From an uncultured Chloroflexia bacterium (GTDB lineage Bacteria > Chloroflexota > Limnocylindria > Limnocylindrales > CSP1-4), in contig CAVVNQ010000002.1 in assembly GCA_963749705.1 (NCBI GenBank), positions 192,001-256,000 on the forward strand: a stretch of 64,000 bases of DNA. The letters are read 5' to 3'. A model generated the notes under the pieces. The model saw only the letters and a list, made by a program, of their open reading frames with translations. It had not been told where the DNA came from and did not search any database. Position numbers and translations under genes: made by a program. Numbering within the stretch: position 1 is the first letter of the stretch; every line of letters begins with the position of its first letter. Positions 19,753 through 29,037 of this stretch are shown here, piece by piece.

Positions 19753-21392
19753 GCGTCCTCGCCGATCGCGACATCCGGGCGGAGCTGGAGTCGGGCCGCG
19801 TCCGGATCGACCCCTATGACCCGTCGGACCTGCAGCCGTCGTCCGTGGACCTCCACCTCGATCGCAGCTTCCGCGTGTTCCGCAACAACCGGTACGCGTT
19901 CATCGACCCCCGCTCGCCGCAGCCGGACCTCACCGAGCTGCTGAGCATCGGCGAGGACGAACCGTTCGTGCTCCACCCCGGCGAGTTCGTCCTGGGCCAG
20001 ACCCTCGAATGGGTGGAGCTGCCGGACGACCTGGTGGCAAGGCTCGAGGGAAAGGCGCTCGCCCTCGACACTCCGGTGCCGACGCCGTTCGGCTGGCGGA
20101 CGATGGGCGATCTCGAGCCGGGCGACCTGGTCTTCGACGAGCACGGAGTTCCGACGACCATCGTCGCGACGACGCCGCCCCTTGCGGATCGACCCTGTCG
20201 CGAGATCACGTTCTCCGACGGTGCAACCGTGATCGCGGACGCGGACCACCAGTGGCTGACGGTGGACAAGAACGGTCGACGCGCGGGGCGCTGGCAGGGT
20301 GCGATCCGCACCACCGACGAGATCGCGCGGACGCTCACGGTCCGTGGCGAGCGCAACCATCAGGTGCCGCTGCCAGGCTCGGTCGAGTACGCCCCGCGCA
20401 TCGACCTTCCGATCGAGCCCTACACGCTCGGGGCGTGGCTGGGAGATGGCACGACCACGAAGGCCGAGATCACCTCCTGCGACGAGGAGGTTCTGCGGCA
20501 GATCAGCGGCGACGGGTTCTCGGTGCAGCCGTTGTGGTATGCCCCGCATGCATATCGGATCGGTGGTGTCGGGCGCACCCGTGACGCAACGACGGGCCGC
20601 TACGCGCGCAACGGATCCCTGTCGAGCCGACTGCGCACGATGGGCCAGATGCACGGCAAGTTCGTCCCTCGGGCGTACCTCGAGGCGGGTGTCAGCCAGC
20701 GGCTCGCCTTGCTCCAGGGGCTCATGGATACGGACGGCTTCGTCGACGACGTGGCGGGACGGTGCGAGTTCACCAGCACGAACGAAGGCCTCGCCGATTC
20801 CGTTGTCGAGCTTGCCGCCAGCCTCGGCTTCCGGCCGGTGAGGTCCAGCGGGCGGGCGATGCTCAATGGCGTCGACCACGGACCCAAGTACCGGGTGAAG
20901 TTCACGCCCGACCGGCCGGTGTTCCGTCTGACCCGGAAGCTCGTCCGCCAGAAGCCGACCAGCAGCCGCTTCCATCGCTTCCGGGCGATCGCTGACGTGC
21001 GCGAGGTGGCCTCCGTGCCCGTCCGTTGTATCGAGGTGGCCTCGCCGCGAGGACTGTTCCTGGTGTCCCGCTCGTTCATCCCCACGCACAACAGCTCGCT
21101 TGGGCGCCTTGGGCTCCTCATCCATTCCACCGCGGGATATGTGGATCCGGGCTGGAAGGGCACGCTCACCCTCGAGCTGTCGAACGTCGCCAACCTGCCG
21201 ATCGCGCTGTACTACGGGATGCGAATCGGCCAGATCAGCTTCTTCCGGATGAGCTCGCCCGTCGAGCGGCCGTACGGCAGCAAGGAGCTGGGATCGAAGT
21301 ACCAGGGCCAGTCGGAGCCAACGGCATCGGCGTTCCACGCGGACTTCGAGCGCGGCCGGAAGGTGCGGGAGAGCGGGGAAAGCCCAACGTGA
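19749..21392 (+). CDS. dcd: dCTP deaminase (201-aa extein) interrupted by an intein
   Basis: [23 protein letters not shown]|[33 protein letters not shown]. Confidence 0.95.
   Translation: MSVLADRDIRAELESGRVRIDPYDPSDLQPSSVDLHLDRSFRVFRNNRYAFIDPRSPQPDLTELLSIGEDEPFVLHPGEFVLGQTLEWVELPDDLVARLEGKALALDTPVPTPFGWRTMGDLEPGDLVFDEHGVPTTIVATTPPLADRPCREITFSDGATVIADADHQWLTVDKNGRRAGRWQGAIRTTDEIARTLTVRGERNHQVPLPGSVEYAPRIDLPIEPYTLGAWLGDGTTTKAEITSCDEEVLRQISGDGFSVQPLWYAPHAYRIGGVGRTRDATTGRYARNGSLSSRLRTMGQMHGKFVPRAYLEAGVSQRLALLQGLMDTDGFVDDVAGRCEFTSTNEGLADSVVELAASLGFRPVRSSGRAMLNGVDHGPKYRVKFTPDRPVFRLTRKLVRQKPTSSRFHRFRAIADVREVASVPVRCIEVASPRGLFLVSRSFIPTHNSSLGRLGLLIHSTAGYVDPGWKGTLTLELSNVANLPIALYYGMRIGQISFFRMSSPVERPYGSKELGSKYQGQSEPTASAFHADFERGRKVRESGESPT
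20055..21092 (+). mobile_element. Class 3 intein (346 aa) with LAGLIDADG homing endonuclease
   Basis: Starts [11 protein letters not shown]; block B ADADHQW; block F VRCIEV; ends IPTHN|S; LGAWLGDG and [10 protein letters not shown] endonuclease motifs. Confidence 0.93.
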
Positions 21393-22264
21393 GCATCGAC
21401 GACGGCGTCGATTTCCGGATGGACCTGGGCGGCGGCACCACCGTGGCCCTGATCCAGGCCGGCACGTTCCGGTCGGACGCGGGAGCGCTGTTCGGTCCGG
21501 TGCCCTGGATCCTGTGGCGGCCCTGGGCCGAGGGCGAGATCGACGAGGACCGGCGGCTGCTCCAGGCGCTCAACTGCCTGCTGGTCGAGACGCCGGCCGG
21601 CCGCGTGCTCGTCGAGACGGGGATCGGGGAGCGGATCAACGACAAGGGCCGCGCGATGCGCGGCTACCTCGGGACGCCGATCGCGCCGGCGATGCGCGAC
21701 GCGGGCTTTGCCCCCGGCTCGGTCGACGTGGTCGCGATGAGCCATCTCCATTTCGACCACGCCGGGGGCCTGCTGCTGGCTGACGGTTCGCGCGCCTTTC
21801 CGCGGGCACGGATCGTGGCCCAGCGTGCCGAGTGGGAGCTTGCGCTCGGGGATAACAGCCGGGTGCTCGCCTCGTACGACCAGCCCGAGCTGCGGCTGGT
21901 GGCTGACTGGGGCGCCGAGGGCTGGGTCGAGGGCGATCGGGAGCTGGTGCCGGGCGTGTCCGTGATCGAGACCGGGGGGCATTCGATGGGACACCAGGCG
22001 ATCGTGGTCCGGGGCACCGGACCTGGCGCGCGCACGCTCGCGTTCTTCGGCGACCTGTGCATGCGGCCGTGGGCGGCCAACCCGCGCTGGGTCACCTCGT
22101 TCGACGACTTCCCGCTGGACAGCGTCGCGCGCAAGGGCGAGCTGTTCCGGCGCGCGGTCGACGAGGACTGGCTGGTCGCGCTGTCGCATGAGTCGCGGGA
22201 TCCTGTTGGGCGCCTGATCCCTGATCGCGACCGGTTCCGGTTCGAAGGGTTGCGCAGCGGCTGA
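21389..22264 (+). CDS. MBL-fold metallo-hydrolase (YtnP-like)
   Basis: [29 protein letters not shown]; GTGA overlap with dcd. Confidence 0.9.
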   Translation: MSIDDGVDFRMDLGGGTTVALIQAGTFRSDAGALFGPVPWILWRPWAEGEIDEDRRLLQALNCLLVETPAGRVLVETGIGERINDKGRAMRGYLGTPIAPAMRDAGFAPGSVDVVAMSHLHFDHAGGLLLADGSRAFPRARIVAQRAEWELALGDNSRVLASYDQPELRLVADWGAEGWVEGDRELVPGVSVIETGGHSMGHQAIVVRGTGPGARTLAFFGDLCMRPWAANPRWVTSFDDFPLDSVARKGELFRRAVDEDWLVALSHESRDPVGRLIPDRDRFRFEGLRSG

Positions 22265-22386
22265 GTCGGGCGCAATCCCGCGGACATGCTGTCGGTCGCG
22301 CGACCGCCGGACCGAACCCGACGTCCTGCCTCGCCCCCGGCCACCGGACCGCCCCTTGCCGCCGGGCCGCGCCGGTCCGCGCCACC

Positions 22387-22569
22387 GAACTCCTGCCACC
22401 TACCGCGCACCGTGGTGGTAGTCAGGCTCCTGCCACCTGTGCAGCACCCGAGGGAGCTTGCCCGGTCGCAGCTCGTGCACGGATCCGGCGTCTCGAGCCC
22501 GTTCAGGTCGGCCATTCCCCACGCCGACCCCGCCTACCACCACTGGCGGCGGTACCTGACGGCACTTTC
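22387..22569. repeat. Intergenic element with imperfect terminal inverted repeats
   Basis: TACCGC..GTGGTGGTAG (22401-22421) complementary to CTACCACCAC..GCGGTA (22534-22554). Confidence 0.45.
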
Positions 22570-22669
22570 GCGCGGTTCCGCCGATAGCACCGCTACCGGC
22601 GGTGCGCGACGCGACGAGAGGGACGGGTGCCGTACGACGGCATCGGCGCGCGCCCAGTAGCGCGCCGGA

Positions 22670-23350
22670 TCAGCTGCCCGGCAGCCACGCCTCCACTCGC
22701 GCCTTCGCCGTGTCGTCGGTGAGCGGCCCGTTGATCACCTCGAGGATCCGGCCATCGGCGCCGATGAAGAACTGCGTCGGCAGCGCGAACACTCGGTACA
22801 GCCCGAAGATGTCGGCGGACGCGTCGAACGCGATGTCATAGCCGAGCTCGTAGCGCTGCGCGTAGGCGCGCACGTCGTCGACCGTCGTCTCCTGGACGGC
22901 GATGCCGATGATCGACAGCCCGCGGGACCGGTACGCGGCGTCCATGTCGCGCAGGACCGGGGTCTCAGCCTGGCACGGCGGGCACCACGTCGCCCAGAAG
23001 TTGAGCCACACCAGCCTGCCGCGAAGGTCGGCCAGGCGGACCGGATTGCCATCGAGATCGGTCAGCATGACGGAGGTCCCGTCGGCGCGGACGGTCTCGA
23101 GCTCGGGGGCGACGTCGCCGGGTCGCAGCCCTTCCGTGGTCGGCCCGAGGACGTACGGCGTCGACGCCGGGATCGTGATGGTTCCGGTGGGGCCGGCGGC
23201 GATCGGGCGGGTGACGACGGTCAGGGTGACCGCGGCGACCACCACGATCAGGAGCACGGTCAGCAGCTGGCGGCCGCTGAACGGGCCGATGAGCCCGCGC
23301 CGCTGACTGGGCGGGGTCGGCTGCGGACCCGGCTCGGGCGCCGTCGTCAT
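22670..23350 (-). CDS. TlpA/ResA-like thiol-disulfide oxidoreductase
   Basis: TM anchor; NFWATWCPPC; cis-Pro loop ALPT. Confidence 0.92.
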   Translation of the reverse strand: MTTAPEPGPQPTPPSQRRGLIGPFSGRQLLTVLLIVVVAAVTLTVVTRPIAAGPTGTITIPASTPYVLGPTTEGLRPGDVAPELETVRADGTSVMLTDLDGNPVRLADLRGRLVWLNFWATWCPPCQAETPVLRDMDAAYRSRGLSIIGIAVQETTVDDVRAYAQRYELGYDIAFDASADIFGLYRVFALPTQFFIGADGRILEVINGPLTDDTAKARVEAWLPGS

Positions 23351-24165
23351 ACGAACGATGTGAACTGGAAGTAGCGCGGCAGCAGGACCAGGAGGTCGAA
23401 GATCATCGCCAGCCCGATGGCCACGACGAGCAGCCCGCCGACCAGCGAGACCGCGCGCCCGTGGCGAACCAGGAACCGCGTCACGCGCGTTGCGCGATCG
23501 TAGAACGCCGCGATGAGCAGGAACGGGATCCCGAGCCCGGCCGTGTAGCTCACCAGCAGCAGCGCACCCTGGAGCTTCGTGTCCGACACGGCAGCCATGG
23601 TCAGGATGCCGCCCAGGATCGCGCCGATGCACGGCGTCCAGCCGATGGCGAAGATGGCCCCCAGCGCGAACGCAGCGGGCAGGCCGGCGCGCCCACCCAC
23701 GAGCCGCCGGCCCAGGCGTCCACCGGTCCCGCCGCCCGGAGTGCCGCCGGCCGGGGCCAGGGTCATTCCGCCGGTCATCGAGGAGAGTCCCGCGGAGGCC
23801 CCGGCGTCGAGCGGGCGCCACGTCCGCTCGAGGATGGGGATGTTCACGAGGCCCGCCAGGCTCAGGCCCATGATCACGAGCACGAAGCCGCCGACCACGC
23901 GCAGCGGCTGGATGTAGTCGGCGATGGCGCCACCCGCGAACGCGGCGGTGACCCCGAGCAGCGTGAACACGGTGCCGAAGCCCGCGACGTAGGCGGCCGC
24001 ATGGCGCATCGCCGCCCAGCGCGACGGCGTCTCCCCCTGGTTGGCGGCGACCGCGACCGCGGTCAGCTGCCCGAGGTACGCGGGCACGAGCGGCAGCACG
24101 CACGGCGACAGGAACGAGATCAGGCCCGCCGCGAAGGCGACCAGGATCGTGTAATCGCCGGTCAT
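23347..24165 (-). CDS. ccdA: Cytochrome c biogenesis protein CcdA
   Basis: SFLSPCVLPLVP and GWTPCIG motifs; 6 TM helices. Confidence 0.93.
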   Translation of the reverse strand: MTGDYTILVAFAAGLISFLSPCVLPLVPAYLGQLTAVAVAANQGETPSRWAAMRHAAAYVAGFGTVFTLLGVTAAFAGGAIADYIQPLRVVGGFVLVIMGLSLAGLVNIPILERTWRPLDAGASAGLSSMTGGMTLAPAGGTPGGGTGGRLGRRLVGGRAGLPAAFALGAIFAIGWTPCIGAILGGILTMAAVSDTKLQGALLLVSYTAGLGIPFLLIAAFYDRATRVTRFLVRHGRAVSLVGGLLVVAIGLAMIFDLLVLLPRYFQFTSFV

Positions 24166-24473
24166 GTGGCGGTCACCGGATCCCCGCCGAGCACCGCACC
24201 GCCGTCGAGCGTATCGGCCAGGAACCGGCGCAGCTTGGCGGCCGTGGTGGCCAGCTCCACCTCGTGGGCGCCGAAGACGACGACCGGAATGGTCAACGCG
24301 TACCGCCGCTGGAGCGCTTCGTCGCCGTCGATGCTCCGCTCCTCCAGCACCGGAGCCGGGAGGCCGCGAGTCGCGCGGTCGGCGAGCAGCCCGTCGAGCA
24401 TCGCGCGCGCGTCCTCGCACAGGTGGCAGCCGGGGCGGCCGTACAGGATGAGGGAGGGCAGGGGAGTGGTCAC
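24162..24473 (-). CDS. Glutaredoxin-like protein (DUF836)
   Basis: YGRPGCHLC, IPVV. Confidence 0.88.
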   Translation of the reverse strand: MTTPLPSLILYGRPGCHLCEDARAMLDGLLADRATRGLPAPVLEERSIDGDEALQRRYALTIPVVVFGAHEVELATTAAKLRRFLADTLDGGAVLGGDPVTAT

Positions 24474-24575
24474 GGACCGATTGTAGGCGGGCTTTCGCGA
24501 TCGGCCCGGCGCAGCCCGCTCGTCCGTTGCGGTTGCGGCCTCCCGGCGCCATCGAGCGCCCGTATCATCGCCGCC

Positions 24576-24974
24576 ATGCCGGAGCCGTCACTGTACGACC
24601 AGGTCGGCGGGATGCCGTTCTTCGAGCGGCTCGTCGACCACTTCTACCGCGGCGTCGAGGGCGATCCCGCGCTGCTGGCGCTGTATCCGAACCAGGCCGA
24701 CCTGGTCGGCGCGCGGCGGCGCCTGACGCTGTTCCTGGTCCAGTACTGGGGAGGTCCGACGACCTACCTGGAGGAGCGCGGCCACCCGCGGCTGCGCGCG
24801 CGCCACTCGCCGTTCGCAATCGGATCGCCCGAGCGGGATCGATGGCTGGTGCACATGCGCGCCGCCATCGACGCGTCGGACGCCCCAGACGACGCTCGCC
24901 GCCAGCTGCACGAGTACGTCACGATGGCCGCCGATGCGATGCGCAACCGTGAGGATCTGCCCGCCGCAACCTGA
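24576..24974 (+). CDS. Group II truncated haemoglobin (GlbO-like)
   Basis: SLYDQVGG, FY..V, QYWGGPTTY.EERGHPRLRARH, W..HM. Confidence 0.93.
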   Translation: MPEPSLYDQVGGMPFFERLVDHFYRGVEGDPALLALYPNQADLVGARRRLTLFLVQYWGGPTTYLEERGHPRLRARHSPFAIGSPERDRWLVHMRAAIDASDAPDDARRQLHEYVTMAADAMRNREDLPAAT

Positions 24975-24998
24975 CCCGCTGGTACGATGCCGGTGCGC

Positions 24999-25074
24999 GC
25001 CCCCGTAGCTCAGTGGATAGAGCGCAGCCGTCCTAAGGCTGGCGTCGGCGGTTCGAATCCGTCCGGGGGCGCCA
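24999..25074 (+). tRNA. tRNA-Arg(CCT)
   Basis: GCCCCCG/CGGGGGC acceptor stem, CAGCC/GGCTG anticodon stem with CCT, GTTCGAATC, CCA. Confidence 0.95.
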
Positions 25075-25140
25075 TACGCAGACTCTCCGCAGTACCGCAA
25101 CACCCGCCGCGGCGATTGGCGCCATCATGGTCTCGACACC

Positions 25141-25620
25141 ATGATCGACATCCCGCTCCCCGAGCATGGCTGGTTCTGTGTGCCGACGCCGGACGGAGGG
25201 CTCGCCTGTGGCCGAAACGACGACGTCCTCACCGGCTGCTGGAACATTCGCACCGGAGAGGCGATCGTCGAGCAGCTCCGCGCAGCCAACGGCGGGGCCG
25301 ACGGGGTGCTGCTGCTCGAGGTCCACGTCCACCTGCGGGAGATCAACGAGGCCCACGGCCATGCCGTGGGGGACGACGTGCTGCGGGCCGTTGCTGCGCG
25401 GCTGCGCTCGCTTCCGTCAGGTGCATACGCATATCGAAGCGGAGGTGTCACGTTCGTGCTCCCCGCGACCGCGGCGCCGGGAGGCGATGGAGGCATCGCT
25501 GCGGAGGTACTCGCTGCCCTGGGCCAACCGGTCCTCACGCGGGCGGGCACGGTCCCAGTTCGGGTTGAGGTCGCCGTCTCGCCCGAGGGCGACTCGGTCG
25601 CCGTGGACGCCCTTGCATAA
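25141..25620 (+). CDS. Degenerate GGDEF-domain protein
   Basis: REINEAHGHAVGDDVLRAVAARL; active-site motif reads YRSGGVTF instead of GG(D/E)EF. Confidence 0.6.
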   Translation: MIDIPLPEHGWFCVPTPDGGLACGRNDDVLTGCWNIRTGEAIVEQLRAANGGADGVLLLEVHVHLREINEAHGHAVGDDVLRAVAARLRSLPSGAYAYRSGGVTFVLPATAAPGGDGGIAAEVLAALGQPVLTRAGTVPVRVEVAVSPEGDSVAVDALA

Positions 25621-26116
25621 GCCTGAGCCGAGCCGTTCGCGGGCTTGGGGGGCATGACGCCCGACCACGTGGTGACATTCCAGCCACAGATCCGTGAGTG
25701 GGACAGTGAGGCCGGGGACTCGTCGTCAGTTCGGCCCCCGCCCCGCCTTGCGTCGGCGTGCGAGAATCGCGGTCTCGCCCCTTCGGGGCGACCATGTGAG
25801 GTCTGCAGGCCATCCGCGCTGATCGAAGTCCGGGCATGAAGACCGGCACGCCAGGCGCCTCACGGATCGGGCTCCTGGCCGGCAGGGTGCGAGCGGTGTG
25901 TCGGCGCGCCCTGGCCGCGACGCTGCGTGTCCTGCTGGACGACACCGGTGGCATCGACGACGCCGCCCTTCCCTCGGGCTTCGCCGCCCCGTATCAGCGG
26001 GGAAGTCGCGCGGTTCGCAACCTCTGGCACATACCCTTCTGACACCACCGGGTTGTTGCCGCGGTGGTCAGGCGTAGGCCACCAATCTGGCAGCTGCCAA
26101 CGGTCCAGCCTGCGCC

Positions 26117-26746
26117 TCAAGCGGAACCGGCATCGTCCCGCTGCCGTGCGCTGATTCGATGGAACCGGATCCCGTCGCGCAGGTCCTCGCACATCGTCGT
26201 GGATGGTTCCCCGAGCGCGCGTAGTATCGCGAACCCGTCGCCGACACAGCCGCCGAGGTGGATGGCGAGGGGCACGATCAGGTACGGGCCCCACGGGCCG
26301 AAGCAGGCAAGGAACCCGAGCCCGGAGATCGCCACCGCGGGGGCGGCCGCGATCACCAAATACTGGCGACGGGTGAACCGGTGCCCCTCGGCTGTTGCGT
26401 ACAGCGCGGGGACTGCGTGACCGACCAGCATCGAGCCGAACGAGGGCCGAGCACCGAAGCCCAGCATGGCCATGCCGTGGATCGCCTCGTGCGCGACCAT
26501 CAGCAGGGCCGTGAGGGCGACCACGACGAGGACATCGACGACCCCAAACTGGAACGAGCCCGAGACCGCGCCCGTCCGGAGGACCACCGGCAACGAGAAC
26601 AGGACGAGGCCGGCGACGGCGATGCCGATGCCGACGACGTTCCAGGCAATCCCCGCCGAGGTGCCCGGCAGCCAGTCGACAACCTCGGATTTCGCCTCCG
26701 GGTCTCGAGCGGCGCCAAATTCAGCGCGGCGGTCCTGCGTGATCAC
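26117..26746 (-). CDS. DUF3267 membrane zincin-like protein
   Basis: HEAIHG, AAP, GCVGD; TM helices. Confidence 0.8.
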   Translation of the reverse strand: MITQDRRAEFGAARDPEAKSEVVDWLPGTSAGIAWNVVGIGIAVAGLVLFSLPVVLRTGAVSGSFQFGVVDVLVVVALTALLMVAHEAIHGMAMLGFGARPSFGSMLVGHAVPALYATAEGHRFTRRQYLVIAAAPAVAISGLGFLACFGPWGPYLIVPLAIHLGGCVGDGFAILRALGEPSTTMCEDLRDGIRFHRISARQRDDAGSA

Positions 26747-26817
26747 GCGTCGACATTAGCGGCACGGCCCCCCCGCCAGAAGGGCCGGTTGGCGGGCAGG
26801 TCGTCGATGTTCACCAC

Positions 26818-27231
26818 TCACTCCAGCGACATGGCTCGACGTGCGCCACCGGGCAGCGTCGCGAGGTCGGCGGCGCGACGCACGAAGTCGCACAGGATCG
26901 CCTCGTCGATGTGGATCGACGGCTCGAACGTGAAGTAGCGGAACTGCTTCAGCCGTTCCTCGGCGCCGTGGAGCAGGAGCTGCGGATCGGCGAGGAGCGT
27001 CCCGTGCTCGAACCCGAGGTGGATGTGCCTCCGCTCCGGGCCGATCCAGGCGAAGTTCCGGATGCGCTTGCCCTTTGGGAGGGAGTAGGCGACCCACCGC
27101 CAGCCGGGCCGCACCTTCTCCACCGCCTCGGGGACCGTGCGGAGGATCAGGGACCGGAGCGTCATCCCCGTCGCACGGATCGCCTCGGGGTAGTCGTCCA
27201 GGAGGAGCTCGACAGGCTGGGTGTCGTCCAT
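26818..27231 (-). CDS. DUF1801 (YdhG-like) protein
   Basis: LRSLI...P.A.E...GW, HIHLGFEHG.LL.DP..LL.G. Confidence 0.8.
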   Translation of the reverse strand: MDDTQPVELLLDDYPEAIRATGMTLRSLILRTVPEAVEKVRPGWRWVAYSLPKGKRIRNFAWIGPERRHIHLGFEHGTLLADPQLLLHGAEERLKQFRYFTFEPSIHIDEAILCDFVRRAADLATLPGGARRAMSLE

Positions 27232-27358
27232 GCGGTCATTGTGCAACGCGTCGTCGCCGAGTCGTGTCAGGATTGGAGCCTGACGAGGAGGATGCAGTGC
27301 CGCGATCCCAGAGGTTCACGTTGTCAGACCCCGAGGAACGCTGGTGGGCGGTCATGCC

Positions 27359-27715
27359 ATGAGCACCACGGCCGGCCATCGGATCTTCACGACGACCGTC
27401 GCCTCGGTCTACCCGCTCTACGTCGCCAAGGTGGAGCGGAAGGGCCGCACCCAGGACGAGCTCGACGCGGTGATCGAGTGGCTGACGGGCTACGACGACG
27501 CGGAGCTGCGCCGCCACCTCGATGCCGGGACGACTTTCGAGGACTTCTTTGCCGCGGCGAGCCTGCACCCGAACGTGACGCAGATCACCGGCGTGGTCTG
27601 CGGCGTGCGCGTGGAGGCGATCGAGGACCCGCTGATGCAGCAGATCCGCTACCTCGACAAGCTCGTCGACGAGCTCGCCAAAGGCAGGGCGCTGGAGAAG
27701 ATCCTCCGCGCCTGA
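27359..27715 (+). CDS. DUF2200 protein
   Basis: [41 protein letters not shown]. Confidence 0.9.
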   Translation: MSTTAGHRIFTTTVASVYPLYVAKVERKGRTQDELDAVIEWLTGYDDAELRRHLDAGTTFEDFFAAASLHPNVTQITGVVCGVRVEAIEDPLMQQIRYLDKLVDELAKGRALEKILRA

Positions 27716-27798
27716 CGGCATCCGGACGGGCTTGCGGTCCGCGCTATCCTCGCCCGGAGGGCCCGCGCAGGCCGGCCCCAGCCTGAATTGAGGGACCC

Positions 27799-28218
27799 AT
27801 GGCCGCCGATCCCAAGCTCGATCGCCTTCGTTCCGTCCCACTGTTCGCCGGCCTCGGGTCACGCGAGATCGAGCGCCTCGGTCAGCTGGCAGACGAGGTC
27901 GACGTCCCGGCGGGCCATGTCCTGATGCGCCAGGGTGATCGGGGCAACGAGATGTTCGTCCTGGTCAGCGGCAAGGTGTCCGTGGAGCGAGAGGGCCGGG
28001 CCCTGGGCGAGCGAGGCGCCGGCTCCGTGCTGGGCGAGATCGCGCTGCTTGCGGAGATGCCCCGCACGGCGACGGTTATCGCGATCGAGCCGTCGCGACT
28101 GTTCGTGGTGGGACATCGCGAGTTCCATTCCCTGATGGATCAGATGCCGTCGGTGAGGACCTCCGTCCTCGAAGTCCTCGCGAGCCGGATCGCCGCCCTG
28201 GATCCCGACGCGTCCTGA
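27799..28218 (+). CDS. Stand-alone cyclic nucleotide-binding domain protein
   Basis: VPLFAGL, RQGDRG, GEIALL...PRTATV. Confidence 0.92.
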   Translation: MAADPKLDRLRSVPLFAGLGSREIERLGQLADEVDVPAGHVLMRQGDRGNEMFVLVSGKVSVEREGRALGERGAGSVLGEIALLAEMPRTATVIAIEPSRLFVVGHREFHSLMDQMPSVRTSVLEVLASRIAALDPDAS

Positions 28219-28321
28219 CCGCAGCGCCGCCCGCCTGACGACGCAGCGTCGTCCAACCCCTCTGCCTGACGCCGGGGCTCGGCTGATGCCTCGTGCGGCG
28301 TGCGAGGCATCGCAGCCCTGA

Positions 28322-28945
28322 TCACCCGGACCGTGGCGCCGGAGCGGGGGACACGGGCAGGGGGTCGAGGAGGTATCGCCGCACCACGGGTGTGATCCAC
28401 GCCGCGAGCTGGTCGGGCTCGAGGCTTGCCAGCGGCTCGATCCGGAGGATGTTCCGCGCCAGCACCAGCCCGGCGGTCAGGGAGGCGAGCAGCGAGGCGC
28501 GGAGCTCGGGCTGGTCGGCGCCGATCTGCTCGGCGATCGGCCGCAGCATCCGTTGGGTGAGGAACTCCCGGGCCATGACCGACGCCTCCGGGTCCGAGGC
28601 CGCAGCACGCACGAGCCCGGATGTCACGCGCTGGAAATGGTCGTCGACGAGCGAGCCGACGAGGAACTCAGCCAGGGCCTTGGCCGGATCGCTACCGGAG
28701 CGCAGGACCGTGGGCAGGAGCGCGCGTGGGTCGGCCGGCGGCTCCACGACCTCCAGGAACAGGCGCTGCTTGGATCCGAAGTAATGGGTGACCAGCCGCG
28801 AGTCAACGCCGGCGTCCTCGGCGATACCGCGAACCGTGGTGCGGTCGTAGCCGAGCTCGGCGAACAGGCGGCCGGCGGACGCCAGGATCTGATCTCGGGT
28901 CCTGGGCCGGCCCGGTCGGCGGCCCGGTCGTGCGGTGTCGGTCAC
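28322..28945 (-). CDS. TetR family transcriptional regulator
   Basis: FAELGYDRTTVRGIAEDAGVD..LV.HYFGSK HTH; divergent from MFS gene. Confidence 0.93.
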   Translation of the reverse strand: MTDTARPGRRPGRPRTRDQILASAGRLFAELGYDRTTVRGIAEDAGVDSRLVTHYFGSKQRLFLEVVEPPADPRALLPTVLRSGSDPAKALAEFLVGSLVDDHFQRVTSGLVRAAASDPEASVMAREFLTQRMLRPIAEQIGADQPELRASLLASLTAGLVLARNILRIEPLASLEPDQLAAWITPVVRRYLLDPLPVSPAPAPRSG

Positions 28946-28977
28946 GGGTCAATCGTGCCCCAGTTGAGAACGGCTTG

Positions 28978-29022
28978 CGTCAAAGGGTTGACGACCTCCG
29001 GTAGTATATCCACACACGTGGA
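28978..29022. promoter_or_regulatory. Two palindromes, candidate TetR operators
   Basis: CGTCAA-AGGG-TTGACG and TCCAC-ACAC-GTGGA, centres 30 bp apart, between divergent tetR and MFS genes. Confidence 0.5.
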
Positions 29023-29037
29023 AATAGGAGAAGAGAG

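Noticed and set aside
25836-26042. 68-aa ORF in the tRNA-Arg block
   Set aside because: No RBS, leaderless -10 box or recognisable motif; cannot be supported.
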